A program made the position numbers and the translations under genes. From a virus, in IMG/VR virus record IMGVR_UViG_3300024496_000030, positions 1 to 64,000 of that record: a stretch of 64,000 bases of DNA; one strand, written 5' to 3'. Below are positions 9,839-18,999 of this stretch, in pieces (the first letter of the stretch is position 1; each line of letters opens with the position of its first letter). The notes under the pieces were generated by a model. It ran no database searches. It was not told where the DNA came from and saw only the letters and a program-made list of their open reading frames with translations.

Positions 9839-12211
9839 TTAGTTATTCAGATAAACGCCACAATCAATCTGTGTAAAGGGCGGTGTTGTCGGTACACCGT
9901 TGACATATGTACCGCAGTCTAGAACATCTGGTGTTCTTGTTCCTGTAGCAGGATTGTAATCAAGTGGAGTTCCATTTAAGTAGGTACCGCAATCAATCTC
10001 ACCAAAGCGGAAGTCAGAGCTGTAGTCTGTTAATGGTTGATCAAGCATACCAAATTTGGCAGTCTTGATCAGGTCCATATCAATGTTGAGCATCTTCTGC
10101 ATGACCGTCAACATTGTGTTGGTAACGTTTAACGGAGTGCCTGTAAAGCTAAAGCGATCACTATTGGGATCATTGGGATCGTATTGAGCATTGCGGCGGA
10201 TGTTATCTGTCACCAGCTGAGTCACCAGGTTGGGGTCATAGTTACCTACCTGTGTTGGCTGGTTGCGGTCCCCACTGATGGATTTAGCGCCAGTCCAGGG
10301 CATCCCGTAGCCCATCATTTGCAAGCGTTCAGCCGATACCCGAAGCCGTTCATTCTCTTTCTCTAGACGCTTGAGGAAGATTTCAATGGACTCACCAGCT
10401 GGCGGGTCATTGGGTTCAAGCAACCAAGTGCCAATATATTCGTGTGGTTTTAAGTTGGTTACTTTGCAATAACCACCCGTTGTTTGACTAAAGGGATAGA
10501 TAATAACAAAGTTATTAGCATCAATAATCTGACTAACAATATACTCACCAGTAAGAGCATTTCCGCTTGTAAACTCAACATTAACGCGGGTATTTAAGCC
10601 TAAACCGTGAGGCTCATCCGTTGTAATCGTGATGTTAGGACCTGATTGTGTGTAGCGTCCGCTCAGGTTTAAGGGATCATTCCCTTCATCATGAACAATG
10701 GACCACATGGCAGCATAAATATGTTTACACCACCGCAGTTGATAGTACGCCAGTAAAGGTCTAGACTGCTCAGCACTATCTTCATATGTGGGAAGCTGAT
10801 AAAAATTATTGATTACAACATAGCCAAAATCTGAATAAACACCAACATCATCTCTGGTTTCAATCAGATTGCCATCACGATCTAATCGGTAACCAGGTCG
10901 AACCGACCCTGCAAGTGTATTAGGAAACTTGCGACGCTCCTGCTCTTTATAAAAATCAAATGTTTCCCGCTTTAAATAGTCTTGGCAAGTGCATTGATAA
11001 CGTATCTCTGTTGTTAGAAACCGGCCTACAGTAAATCCTCGATGAGCAGGAACAACTGTCTTTGGCACGCCTTGACTGGTGTTAGATGGAAGATTAGTAA
11101 CTGGATCAAATAAACGCGTTCCATAACTATCATCACGTTGGAACAACACTTCATTGGTTGATAAATCAACACCAGTAACGGTATAGCCGACATAATCATC
11201 ATAGTTATATCCACGGATTCTGCGATTAACAACCAATCCACCAGATGTAACGCCGCTGCTTAAAGTTGTAATGGTGAACTGAGTACTATTTAAAACAGTT
11301 ACTGTGTACAAACCAGAGGTTACTGCACCGCTGGTTACAGCCACAAACACTTCATTTCCGCTGGCAAGTCCATGGGCAGCAGTGCAGGTTACGGTGACTG
11401 TAGATCCTGCTCGTGAGTAGGTGGAAAAGATGCCAGGGTCACGCTCAATAACCCTGTCTACCAGGCGCTCACCGGCAAAGAAGGTCACTGGTGTTAGGAT
11501 AGAGCGTAGACGCACCCGTTGCTGAACCCAGTTTGGATCTGTAAACGTGGTGACCTTAAAGAGCGTTACATTGCCACTGGTACTAATTGAGCTTGCTGCT
11601 GTACAAGTAAAGGTATTGGTTGTGGTGCTAGTAATGGTTAACGTGGCATCAAGTGCTGCGCCACTGCTGAAATCCAGATAGATAGAATCACCAACTTTAT
11701 ACCCATGCTCAACGCTCGTAATTGTTAAGGTCGTCCCACTTTGTAAATAAGTTCCATTCTTTGCTGCTTGCATGTAGCGCACAGCAAGAATAGGTAAACC
11801 AAAGTTATAAAAATTAAATGAGTTGGCATCACGCACACCAACCATTTGCTCTCCAATCTCGCTATGTGTACTTGGAAAAGTAAACATTCGAGCAGGAATA
11901 AATACTCCAGGGAACTGCTGAAATGCGCAGTACATCCTGAAGTCACCACGGGTATTGCGGCCTGTTGCTCCGCTTCCCAAATAAGTTTGGGTTAGCGTGT
12001 ACAGCTCATAACCACGCCTCCAGCGGTTCCACATGGAGTCATGATTGTAGAAACGAATTCGACTGACCTGATTACGATCAGCCGGTTCAAAATCAAACGG
12101 ATTAGTATCTATTCCTAATTGATATTTAGTTGGTTTTTTATTGATCTTGTCGGAGAAGTTTTTGAAACTACTATCGAATCTTCCACCAAAACTATCTTTA
12201 CGCCTAGGCAT
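9839..12211 (-). CDS. 790-aa structural-module protein with repeated beta domains and a SWIM-like Zn finger
   Basis: Three T.TIT...HG...G..V repeats; YQCTCQDY ... WCKHIYAA. Confidence 0.6.
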   Translation of the reverse strand: MPRRKDSFGGRFDSSFKNFSDKINKKPTKYQLGIDTNPFDFEPADRNQVSRIRFYNHDSMWNRWRRGYELYTLTQTYLGSGATGRNTRGDFRMYCAFQQFPGVFIPARMFTFPSTHSEIGEQMVGVRDANSFNFYNFGLPILAVRYMQAAKNGTYLQSGTTLTITSVEHGYKVGDSIYLDFSSGAALDATLTITSTTTNTFTCTAASSISTSGNVTLFKVTTFTDPNWVQQRVRLRSILTPVTFFAGERLVDRVIERDPGIFSTYSRAGSTVTVTCTAAHGLASGNEVFVAVTSGAVTSGLYTVTVLNSTQFTITTLSSGVTSGGLVVNRRIRGYNYDDYVGYTVTGVDLSTNEVLFQRDDSYGTRLFDPVTNLPSNTSQGVPKTVVPAHRGFTVGRFLTTEIRYQCTCQDYLKRETFDFYKEQERRKFPNTLAGSVRPGYRLDRDGNLIETRDDVGVYSDFGYVVINNFYQLPTYEDSAEQSRPLLAYYQLRWCKHIYAAMWSIVHDEGNDPLNLSGRYTQSGPNITITTDEPHGLGLNTRVNVEFTSGNALTGEYIVSQIIDANNFVIIYPFSQTTGGYCKVTNLKPHEYIGTWLLEPNDPPAGESIEIFLKRLEKENERLRVSAERLQMMGYGMPWTGAKSISGDRNQPTQVGNYDPNLVTQLVTDNIRRNAQYDPNDPNSDRFSFTGTPLNVTNTMLTVMQKMLNIDMDLIKTAKFGMLDQPLTDYSSDFRFGEIDCGTYLNGTPLDYNPATGTRTPDVLDCGTYVNGVPTTPPFTQIDCGVYLNN

Positions 12212-12386
12212 TTAAAGATAACCCTTCGCGGGGATCTCCTGGATAAGGATAATCTACTTCTTTTATACCCATCATGCGTCGCCAGTGATTGGCCATTTGC
12301 ACAGCAAGTGACCAATTCAAACGATTTTGTTCTTTTGACCAGGATTCAATATCCTTCACGATCAATAGAAGCCGCCTTGCACACAA
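12204..12386 (-). CDS. small hypothetical protein (start may be the internal GTG)
   Basis: Fills the gap between two structural genes and overlaps the next start. Confidence 0.35.
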   Translation of the reverse strand: MCARRLLLIVKDIESWSKEQNRLNWSLAVQMANHWRRMMGIKEVDYPYPGDPREGLSLNA

Positions 12387-13135
12387 ACATAGAAACCGTT
12401 GGTCAGTGCTGTAGTACCGCTAACAGCTGCATAGAGGGCTTGCCCACGCTCCATTACCAGACCGCGCATCTTGGGCGACACTTCGTTGTTTGCAGAACCG
12501 AAGTTGGCACCAGCATGGGGCACAGGGTGGTTGATCAGAGGCAGCACTTCATTGAGCGTTAAGCTATAAGTTTGGCTAGCAGCAACAGCAGGAACGCTGA
12601 CAGTAAAGATAGGGAAGAACTGGTTGGTGTTGGTAATAGAAGAAGTACCAACCACATAAAAACAAATGTCAATGGGTTGATAAACATTGACGTTACCAGA
12701 CGTTGTTAATGTGCCAGCGCTGGTAACAGTGAAGTTTGTGGAAGTAACAGCAGTGACAACAGCAGTTTCATCAACAGCTGTACCACTGGTGTAATCCAAA
12801 TAAACGGATTGACCAACTTTTAAGTTGTGGTTTGCCAGGGTAACAACCACAGAGGTGGTACCGGTTTGATCGTAGGTACCAGCTGCAGGAGATGCTGCAT
12901 CCAAGAACACATTACGTTCTTTGGTATAACGCAGCCAGATCTCATCAACGTAGGCGCCGCTAATCGAAGTATCTGTTAAGGAGCTATCAACATCAAGAAC
13001 GTTGGTTGCGTTACCCACAGCTGTTGGGATCAAGCTTGTGGAAAACAATTGGCCAGAAGCAACAGTTAATAGAGTGCTGTTGAGAAATGGCCGGTCAATC
13101 ATTGCCGGCTGTTTATTGGTAGAAGAACTAGCCAT
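12362..13135 (-). CDS. virion structural protein
   Basis: MASSSTNKQP..DRP; one copy of the same NHNL..G..VYLD beta repeat; ends QGGFY. Confidence 0.6.
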   Translation of the reverse strand: MASSSTNKQPAMIDRPFLNSTLLTVASGQLFSTSLIPTAVGNATNVLDVDSSLTDTSISGAYVDEIWLRYTKERNVFLDAASPAAGTYDQTGTTSVVVTLANHNLKVGQSVYLDYTSGTAVDETAVVTAVTSTNFTVTSAGTLTTSGNVNVYQPIDICFYVVGTSSITNTNQFFPIFTVSVPAVAASQTYSLTLNEVLPLINHPVPHAGANFGSANNEVSPKMRGLVMERGQALYAAVSGTTALTNGFYVCVQGGFY

Positions 13136-13179
13136 TCCTTCTGGTTAACGTTATTTGCTAAAGCTATTGTAGCGCAGGT

Positions 13180-13389
13180 TCAGGCAAACAGCTTCTTAAA
13201 GATCATTGGATCAAGTTGCTGCATCCCTTTAATCTTGCTCCCTGCCATCCGATAATCACCAGGGAGGGGGCGAGTTCCTGGAGCACCGTCACCAGGTAGA
13301 GGCCTTAGCCCTGGCTCATAGTCACCTGCTCGTGCACCAAGGCCGCGTCCCCTTGGCGTTACATCACGTCCCTGGAGTGGATCAATCAT
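13180..13389 (-). CDS. hypothetical protein
   Basis: Coupled to the upstream gene; RPLPGD repeat. Confidence 0.5.
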   Translation of the reverse strand: MIDPLQGRDVTPRGRGLGARAGDYEPGLRPLPGDGAPGTRPLPGDYRMAGSKIKGMQQLDPMIFKKLFA

Positions 13390-13598
13390 TGTCCTTTATG
13401 TTTGGTAGCAAGTTCAACAGCACGCCGTGCTTTTTTTGCAGCAGGTGTGTTTTCTACAAATTGTTTACCGCTGCGGGACTCCCGCTGTTTCTTTTCATCC
13501 GTTTGCTTGCGCTCTTCTGGAGACAGACGTGCCCATGCTGCTTTGGGTAAGTAACGCTCTGTGCTTTTCTTACCCGGCTCAATTGCTTTATCAGCCAT
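13386..13598 (-). CDS. DUF5872-like protein, C-terminal half
   Basis: MADKAIEPGKKSTERYLPKAAW..GKQFVENT. Confidence 0.55.
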   Translation of the reverse strand: MADKAIEPGKKSTERYLPKAAWARLSPEERKQTDEKKQRESRSGKQFVENTPAAKKARRAVELATKHKGQ

Positions 13599-14016
13599 CG
13601 TTAATTGGTCCTCCGTAGAGCCACGCATCACAGGTCCGTGCTGCAGCACACTTGAACTTAAAAAGCTGGCAATAACCTAAGTTGGAATGATCTAAAACGT
13701 CATAAGGATCTGCAACACCATTCTCATTGATGCCTTCAATGATGCAATCCAACACCAAACCGGATTGATCAAATGCTGCACAGTTACCGCAACGGGCAGA
13801 CATCACAGTGTCAACATCACTGTGCCACATGTCTGCTTTCTTCTCCCAGAACCCAGGGTCAGGTTCATCGGGATTTAAAGGACCATAAGCAAAGTTATCA
13901 ATGGTCCAATTGCGGTTTTTGATATTTTCTTTAATATCAGTTGTAGCACGAGGACATGACTGCCCTACAGCAGTAGCAGTTTTACCAAGCAGAGCTTTTG
14001 CTTTGAACTCTTGCAT
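13591..14016 (-). CDS. Cys-rich conserved phage protein
   Basis: CPRAT..YGPLNP..RCGNCAAF..GYC..FKCAAARTCDAW. Confidence 0.65.
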   Translation of the reverse strand: MQEFKAKALLGKTATAVGQSCPRATTDIKENIKNRNWTIDNFAYGPLNPDEPDPGFWEKKADMWHSDVDTVMSARCGNCAAFDQSGLVLDCIIEGINENGVADPYDVLDHSNLGYCQLFKFKCAAARTCDAWLYGGPINDG

Positions 14017-14249
14017 TATCCTTTGTTCTTCTCGTACTCAGATTTGGTCATCCACTTCTGCTCACCCCAACGCTTCAAGGATTTTTGTCCTTCTGTTTTT
14101 TCTCCTTTGTAACCACCACCTTTCTTCTTGTATTCTTGCGCCAGGAGTTGAGCTTTACGGGCACTCCACTGACCTGGCTTACCACCTTTGGAGCCAGCCA
14201 TGATGCGATCTTTAATGCGTTCACGCATTTCTGGTTTGGTATATGCCAT
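14016..14249 (-). CDS. DUF5872-like protein, N-terminal half
   Basis: MAYTKPEMRERIK..GSKGGKPGQWSARKAQLLAQEY..GGGY. Confidence 0.65.
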   Translation of the reverse strand: MAYTKPEMRERIKDRIMAGSKGGKPGQWSARKAQLLAQEYKKKGGGYKGEKTEGQKSLKRWGEQKWMTKSEYEKNKG

Positions 14250-14530
14250 CAGAACTGATTTTGAATTGGTCTTTTATTAAGAATAACAGGAGGCACTGCA
14301 TCCGTTGCAGAACGATCTACCTCACGCATGTAAGCAGGATTGTTTAGCTGATAGCGTGGATCATTGCTACCGTTGTAACCTACAACATAAGAACAAGGGC
14401 TGTGTTGTTCTTTCATTTGGGGTTGAAACGGATCAGCAAAACCAGCTGTGGTCATGCTGTAATCCTGATACATATTACTGTAATTAACAGGATAAGCAGA
14501 GCTGTAACCGGGAACGTTTGCGAATCTCAT
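14249..14530 (-). CDS. hypothetical protein
   Basis: Coupled on both sides; MRFAN start shared with 28449-29657. Confidence 0.55.
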   Translation of the reverse strand: MRFANVPGYSSAYPVNYSNMYQDYSMTTAGFADPFQPQMKEQHSPCSYVVGYNGSNDPRYQLNNPAYMREVDRSATDAVPPVILNKRPIQNQF

Positions 14531-15180
14531 GCAAAGTAATTGGTAACAGGTTGGCTCTGCATCATCTTAACCAAACTGTTTACAGAGAAAGGAGAAGTCT
14601 TTTTCTCAGACATCTTTGCAATGTAGTTCTTCAGATACTGCTCAGGTGTTTGTTGTTCTTCTTCTTTCTTACCAGTTTGAATAACGATGTTAATGGACTG
14701 AGGCAGATCACCACCAGCAGGTTGCTGCCCTGGCTGTACCTGTGGAGATTGCTGATTACCTAAAGAGGCTTCCTGCCCACCTTTGGTATGGAGCAATTCA
14801 ATCTCATAACCCTCTGGTGTTTGAATAGTTCCTAAACCTTTGCCAGGTTTAAAAGCACCTGCTCCTTTCCAATAGAGCGGGGTGCCACCGGGAACACCAA
14901 AGTCAATTCCCTTGTGAAATGTTGAGGCACCAGCAGTGGGTGCAGACCGTGGGCCAAAGCCCGAGGTGATAGGGAAGGACGGTTTAAATCCGTCTTGTGT
15001 TTGCTGGTAAAGGGGAGTTTTTGCCTCCCCTACAACCAAGTTTTGCAGGCCACTGCGCCATGTGCTGGGGTCAATATACTGCCCACCTTTTTTAACACGA
15101 ACATCAAGGTGAGGTCCGGTTGTTGGAAAGATATCCTCTCCAGGTTTTGCAACATAGCCAGTATGGATGATGCCTGCCAT
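14527..15180 (-). CDS. M23-family peptidase-like protein, circularly permuted
   Basis: ITSGFGPR..HKGIDFGVPGGTP (HxxxD); the TGPHLD..YIDP segment is at the N-terminus. Confidence 0.7.
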   Translation of the reverse strand: MAGIIHTGYVAKPGEDIFPTTGPHLDVRVKKGGQYIDPSTWRSGLQNLVVGEAKTPLYQQTQDGFKPSFPITSGFGPRSAPTAGASTFHKGIDFGVPGGTPLYWKGAGAFKPGKGLGTIQTPEGYEIELLHTKGGQEASLGNQQSPQVQPGQQPAGGDLPQSINIVIQTGKKEEEQQTPEQYLKNYIAKMSEKKTSPFSVNSLVKMMQSQPVTNYFA

Positions 15181-15182
15181 AA

Positions 15183-15902
15183 CTATTTAAAGTAATTAGT
15201 AGGCTCTGTTGTTACCATCTGTTGCGCCAACTCCATTGGAGATGGGATAGATGAGCGCCTATTCTTTTGATATTCTAATAGGAAACTTAAAGGATCACTA
15301 GCTGCTGTTTGTGTGGTCTTAGCTCCATCGGCAATAATGATGTTAATGTTTGGCATTCCTGCCTGTTGCATTTGCTGCTGTTGAGGTTGCTCGCTAGCAA
15401 TACTTCCTGTTCCAGCTTTTTGTTTTTGTTGCTCGTAGTATTGATACAGGTCACCGAGTTTTTTAGAAGGTTGCCCGTAGTAACTTCCTCCACTAGATGT
15501 TGGCAATGCAGCCCACTCTGGAGCAAGCTTGTTAAGAACAGTTCCAAATTTTTCTCCTTTTAGGAAGGGGTCTAATGCGCCTCGCTTTTTATCAATCAAA
15601 TAAAGAGCAGCAAGGTCTTGGGATTTGGGATCAAACTGAGTTAAACCAAGTGCTTTTGCTGTGCCCTGCCAGGTAGGTTGCAGAAACTGATAGGCGCCAG
15701 CAGCAGTACTGGTGTAACCACCACTTGAAATAGCTTTATTAGGATGTTGCCATCCTTTGGAGGTGTCGAATTTGCTACCACCAAACATGGTTTGATAGCC
15801 AGCTTCCCCTGGCGTGCCCTCTGCATAGCGAATGGTATTGAGCAGAGCACGTACCTGAGGACGTTGAAGCAGTTCTTCGTAGCGTTGGTGCAGATCCGAC
15901 AT
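15183..15902 (-). CDS. lambda-type lysozyme/lytic transglycosylase (GH104-like)
   Basis: ALLNTIRYAEGT..Y..MFGG..STAAGAYQFL..TW..QD..A..EWAALP. Confidence 0.85.
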   Translation of the reverse strand: MSDLHQRYEELLQRPQVRALLNTIRYAEGTPGEAGYQTMFGGSKFDTSKGWQHPNKAISSGGYTSTAAGAYQFLQPTWQGTAKALGLTQFDPKSQDLAALYLIDKKRGALDPFLKGEKFGTVLNKLAPEWAALPTSSGGSYYGQPSKKLGDLYQYYEQQKQKAGTGSIASEQPQQQQMQQAGMPNINIIIADGAKTTQTAASDPLSFLLEYQKNRRSSIPSPMELAQQMVTTEPTNYFK

Positions 15903-15906
15903 GGGC

Positions 15907-16386
15907 TTACCGGTAGTTGTACTCGAAGTAGAAGCGGGTACCGATGGCCACGTCTGCTGGTCCGGGTAGAGCTTGGATAAATTCAGCGCCTTCCCGCTCG
16001 AAGCGATAACGGGCTTGCATAGGATTCCTATAGTTAGCCACGTATAAGTGCAGAGCTAAGCGATCCGTTTCATACAGATAAATCTCCGTCCAGGTTTTAA
16101 GTGTTTCTTTGAAATCAGTCGTTGTGATAGTACGGTCAACATCACCAGCGATGTTTTCTAACCGGTTACGAGGAACTGAATTATTATTCACACTACCTGT
16201 CATGTCGGTGCGTTTCTCCGCCTCATCGCACCGACCGACTTGTTCGACCAATTTCGCGTACCAGAAAGAATCCGGTACATTGTTCAAAGCTTCCTCAAGC
16301 CTAGCAAGATCACCAGCAGGAATAGATGTGGTGTTATATCCTAGGTGCCAGCGAATCTTTGACTTGAGGAAGTTATCAAGTTGCAT
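15907..16386 (-). CDS. putative head-completion/adaptor protein
   Basis: KIRWHLGY; helical; position after capsid genes. Confidence 0.4.
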   Translation of the reverse strand: MQLDNFLKSKIRWHLGYNTTSIPAGDLARLEEALNNVPDSFWYAKLVEQVGRCDEAEKRTDMTGSVNNNSVPRNRLENIAGDVDRTITTTDFKETLKTWTEIYLYETDRLALHLYVANYRNPMQARYRFEREGAEFIQALPGPADVAIGTRFYFEYNYR

Positions 16387-16826
16387 TATTCAACTCGAAT
16401 AAGATTTTCTTTGATAATTTCGTCCCAATCAACACGCTTGATAGCTTTAAGTTGATCTAAACGGACAAACTTTTCGCCGGGCATTGAGGTTTGTAAATCC
16501 TTAATATCCCGTGCTGTTTTCAATCCTACTCCAGGTAAATGGTCTGCAATCTGCCTGGCACTCGCAGTATTGAGGTTAATGCGAGTATCCAGTGGGAAAG
16601 TTTCTTTATTGGTAGGAATAGGAGGATTAACGCCTTCTTCTTTTAGCTGCTCAGTGAGGCGTTCTTCCGTCCGATCCTTCTCATTGGTAGCACCAATGTG
16701 GGGAACCAGATCATCGCGTTCAATGTACAAGACTTCATCTTGTGCATCAATACACATCATGATCCCATCACCGTGGTGAGAAATCATTTCAACGAGTTGG
16801 CCAGTTGGTTTGTATTGGTAGAGCAT
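16386..16826 (-). CDS. helix-hairpin-helix (ComEA-like) DNA-binding protein
   Basis: RINLNTASARQIADHLPGVGLKTARDI..F..LDQL..I. Confidence 0.7.
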   Translation of the reverse strand: MLYQYKPTGQLVEMISHHGDGIMMCIDAQDEVLYIERDDLVPHIGATNEKDRTEERLTEQLKEEGVNPPIPTNKETFPLDTRINLNTASARQIADHLPGVGLKTARDIKDLQTSMPGEKFVRLDQLKAIKRVDWDEIIKENLIRVE

Positions 16827-16885
16827 TCAAGAGAAATGACAACTACCAATACAATACCAACCTCAACTCAGCTAATCAATACAGA

Positions 16886-17704
16886 TCAGCTATCGGTGCC
16901 ACCCACCTGAGAAGCAAAATCAATGAACTCATTGATATCTTCCCAAGCCACAGCAGCAGCCGGACGCAGGTAGTTCACGCGGCAGATAATGTAGCCAGCT
17001 TTGCCAGCATCCTTATCGGTCGAGCTGATGAACACACCGTCACCATCCACGGTGGTGGAGGTCACACCGTTCACGTTGAACACCTTGAAGGTGGTGTCCG
17101 AGGTGACGCGGTAGAACATCGAGTTGGCAAAGTCACCTGCCACGATGCCGCCAGTGGTCACGCTAGTGGTGAAAGGCAGGTCAGCAATGGTGGTGTCGCT
17201 CAGACCCTGAGCAAACAGGGAGCTGGTAGCAGACACAATGGAGCTAGCAGCAGCCAGACCATTTGCTTGAGTTGCAGGCACACCGAACGGAGCGCCAGCG
17301 TTGTTAGGACCGAGCAGCAGACCCTCAGTGCTGGTACCACCGATATCAGCGGTAACAGGCGAGGCAGGGAAACCAGCCAAGCCGCCAGCAGGGATGTCCT
17401 GAGCAATGGCGATAGAAGCACCGTAGATATAAGCAGGACGTGCCGAGGAGGCAGACACTACCAGGGAAGTGCGGTTATCGCGGACCCGATCATCAGGACG
17501 ACGATCAGGAGAAGGAACAGTAATATCAAAGCTCTTGTAGCTAGCTTTGTCAGCAGCGAGGTTGTCGATTTTGACGTAGCCAATCAGCTCAAAAGCTTCA
17601 ACACCAGGCCAGCCATACACACCTTCGGTGTTGTAGGAGGAGAGGCGGTTGATTTGGTTACCGGGCTGGAGAATAGCACCAGCGTTGGACTTGTAAGTAG
17701 CCAT
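16886..17704 (-). CDS. abundant virion protein (minor capsid/decoration candidate)
   Basis: Directly after the MCP, strong GGAGG RBS, codon usage like the MCP. Confidence 0.55.
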   Translation of the reverse strand: MATYKSNAGAILQPGNQINRLSSYNTEGVYGWPGVEAFELIGYVKIDNLAADKASYKSFDITVPSPDRRPDDRVRDNRTSLVVSASSARPAYIYGASIAIAQDIPAGGLAGFPASPVTADIGGTSTEGLLLGPNNAGAPFGVPATQANGLAAASSIVSATSSLFAQGLSDTTIADLPFTTSVTTGGIVAGDFANSMFYRVTSDTTFKVFNVNGVTSTTVDGDGVFISSTDKDAGKAGYIICRVNYLRPAAAVAWEDINEFIDFASQVGGTDS

Positions 17705-17722
17705 TGTTAATTACCTCCTTCC

Positions 17723-18865
17723 TCAAACGATGGTGAACGCAGTGGTCACAAAGTCCTTGTTCAGGTTGGCGAAGCCAGCGTACAGCTGCCAAATCAGGAT
17801 GATAAAGCGGCTGAAGTCATCATTGTTATTGATGAGCACCTGAGCGTTAGGACCACCAATGCCCACACCCACGGCTTGAGGACCGAAGAACAGTGCAGGA
17901 GGAGTGTCGTGAGAAACAGCACCAGCGCCGTCGCCAATGTCAACGGTGATGGTCTTGGAGGGGAAGTTGGTGGACTCGAAGAAACGCACACCTTCAAACA
18001 CGAAGCCAGAAGGCATGGTGGGCTCACCACCAACGAATTGAGCTTGGCCGTACTGACCACCGCCATAGATGGCAGCGTTAGGGTTCATGCCGCTCATCAG
18101 CGGGTTACCAGCGGCAAAGCCGGGGTAACGAGCCACTTCACGGAAGCCCTGATCAGCACGCAGATCCTTCATGAAAGAGGGATCAGCAATACAACGGTAG
18201 TAACCGTCAGCAAACACGGGGACGTTACGCTTGCGGAGGCTCTTCACCACCTCAAGCAGGTCGGTCTTCACGTTGAACTTATAACGCTCAGAGGCATACT
18301 CAGTAGCGGTATAAGCAGTCAGCGTGGTAGCGCCGGTCTTTGCTTTGTTGTTGGGATAGTAGTAACCACCCTGGGTGTCGGAGGACTGACCACGGGACTC
18401 GGACTTGAACAGTTCGTCCAGGAACACACGGTCGCGCCAGCGGCGGTAGTCATCCAGCAGGGTCAGCGAACCGATGGACTGGTGGAACATGTTGAGGTTC
18501 CCGGTGTCCAGCAGCAGACGCTGAGCGGTCATCAGAGTCTCACGAGCAATCTTGAAGGTGCTCGGGAGGTTGGCGTTGTTCGGATCTGCAGGACCGGTGT
18601 ACTCACGCAGAGACACCAGCACCTTGTCCTTAACGATGGACCGGCTGTTAGCAGTACCGATGGTTTGATCCTGGGTACGCTCACGGTTGGTCTTGGTACC
18701 AGGGTTACCCCAGAAGCGGTACCGGTCTAACTGAACCGTTTGGCCGGGCTGTTTGGTGAAATCGTGGACAACCACAGGCTCGCAAGCCATTTCCACGATA
18801 TAAGCTGGGTGGGGACGGTACAGCTCCGCGCCCAACAGCTTGGGAAAGTCGTTATCAATAAACAT
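17723..18865 (-). CDS. major capsid protein
   Basis: 380 aa; HDFTKQPGQTVQLDRY, LREY, Y.CI.DP..DLR, GVRFFES, DDFSRF..W; follows portal and scaffold. Confidence 0.8.
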   Translation of the reverse strand: MFIDNDFPKLLGAELYRPHPAYIVEMACEPVVVHDFTKQPGQTVQLDRYRFWGNPGTKTNRERTQDQTIGTANSRSIVKDKVLVSLREYTGPADPNNANLPSTFKIARETLMTAQRLLLDTGNLNMFHQSIGSLTLLDDYRRWRDRVFLDELFKSESRGQSSDTQGGYYYPNNKAKTGATTLTAYTATEYASERYKFNVKTDLLEVVKSLRKRNVPVFADGYYRCIADPSFMKDLRADQGFREVARYPGFAAGNPLMSGMNPNAAIYGGGQYGQAQFVGGEPTMPSGFVFEGVRFFESTNFPSKTITVDIGDGAGAVSHDTPPALFFGPQAVGVGIGGPNAQVLINNNDDFSRFIILIWQLYAGFANLNKDFVTTAFTIV

Positions 18866-18976
18866 GTTGGTTATTCAGCGTAGTTTTAGCTGACACCGGA
18901 GATCCAGAAAGATCCCTGACTTGTGGCAAAGAGCCACGGTAAATCTGGGAACTTCCGCCCCATTAATAAAATTATA
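18866..18976 (-). promoter_or_regulatory. MCP promoter (TATAAT at 18976-18971) and structured ~100-nt leader
   Basis: Hairpins GTGGC/GCCAC, GGGATC/GATCTC and TCAGC/GCTGA on the minus strand. Confidence 0.5.
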
Positions 18977-18999
18977 GCAATACTTACTTATTGCCTTTA

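Noticed and set aside
16386-16826. PsbU auxiliary metabolic gene
   Set aside because: Generic HhH motif, no signal peptide, located in the head module
16805-18730. Long plus-strand ORFs 16805-17710 and 17876-18730
   Set aside because: Antisense shadows of codon-biased capsid genes; no recognisable motifs or RBS
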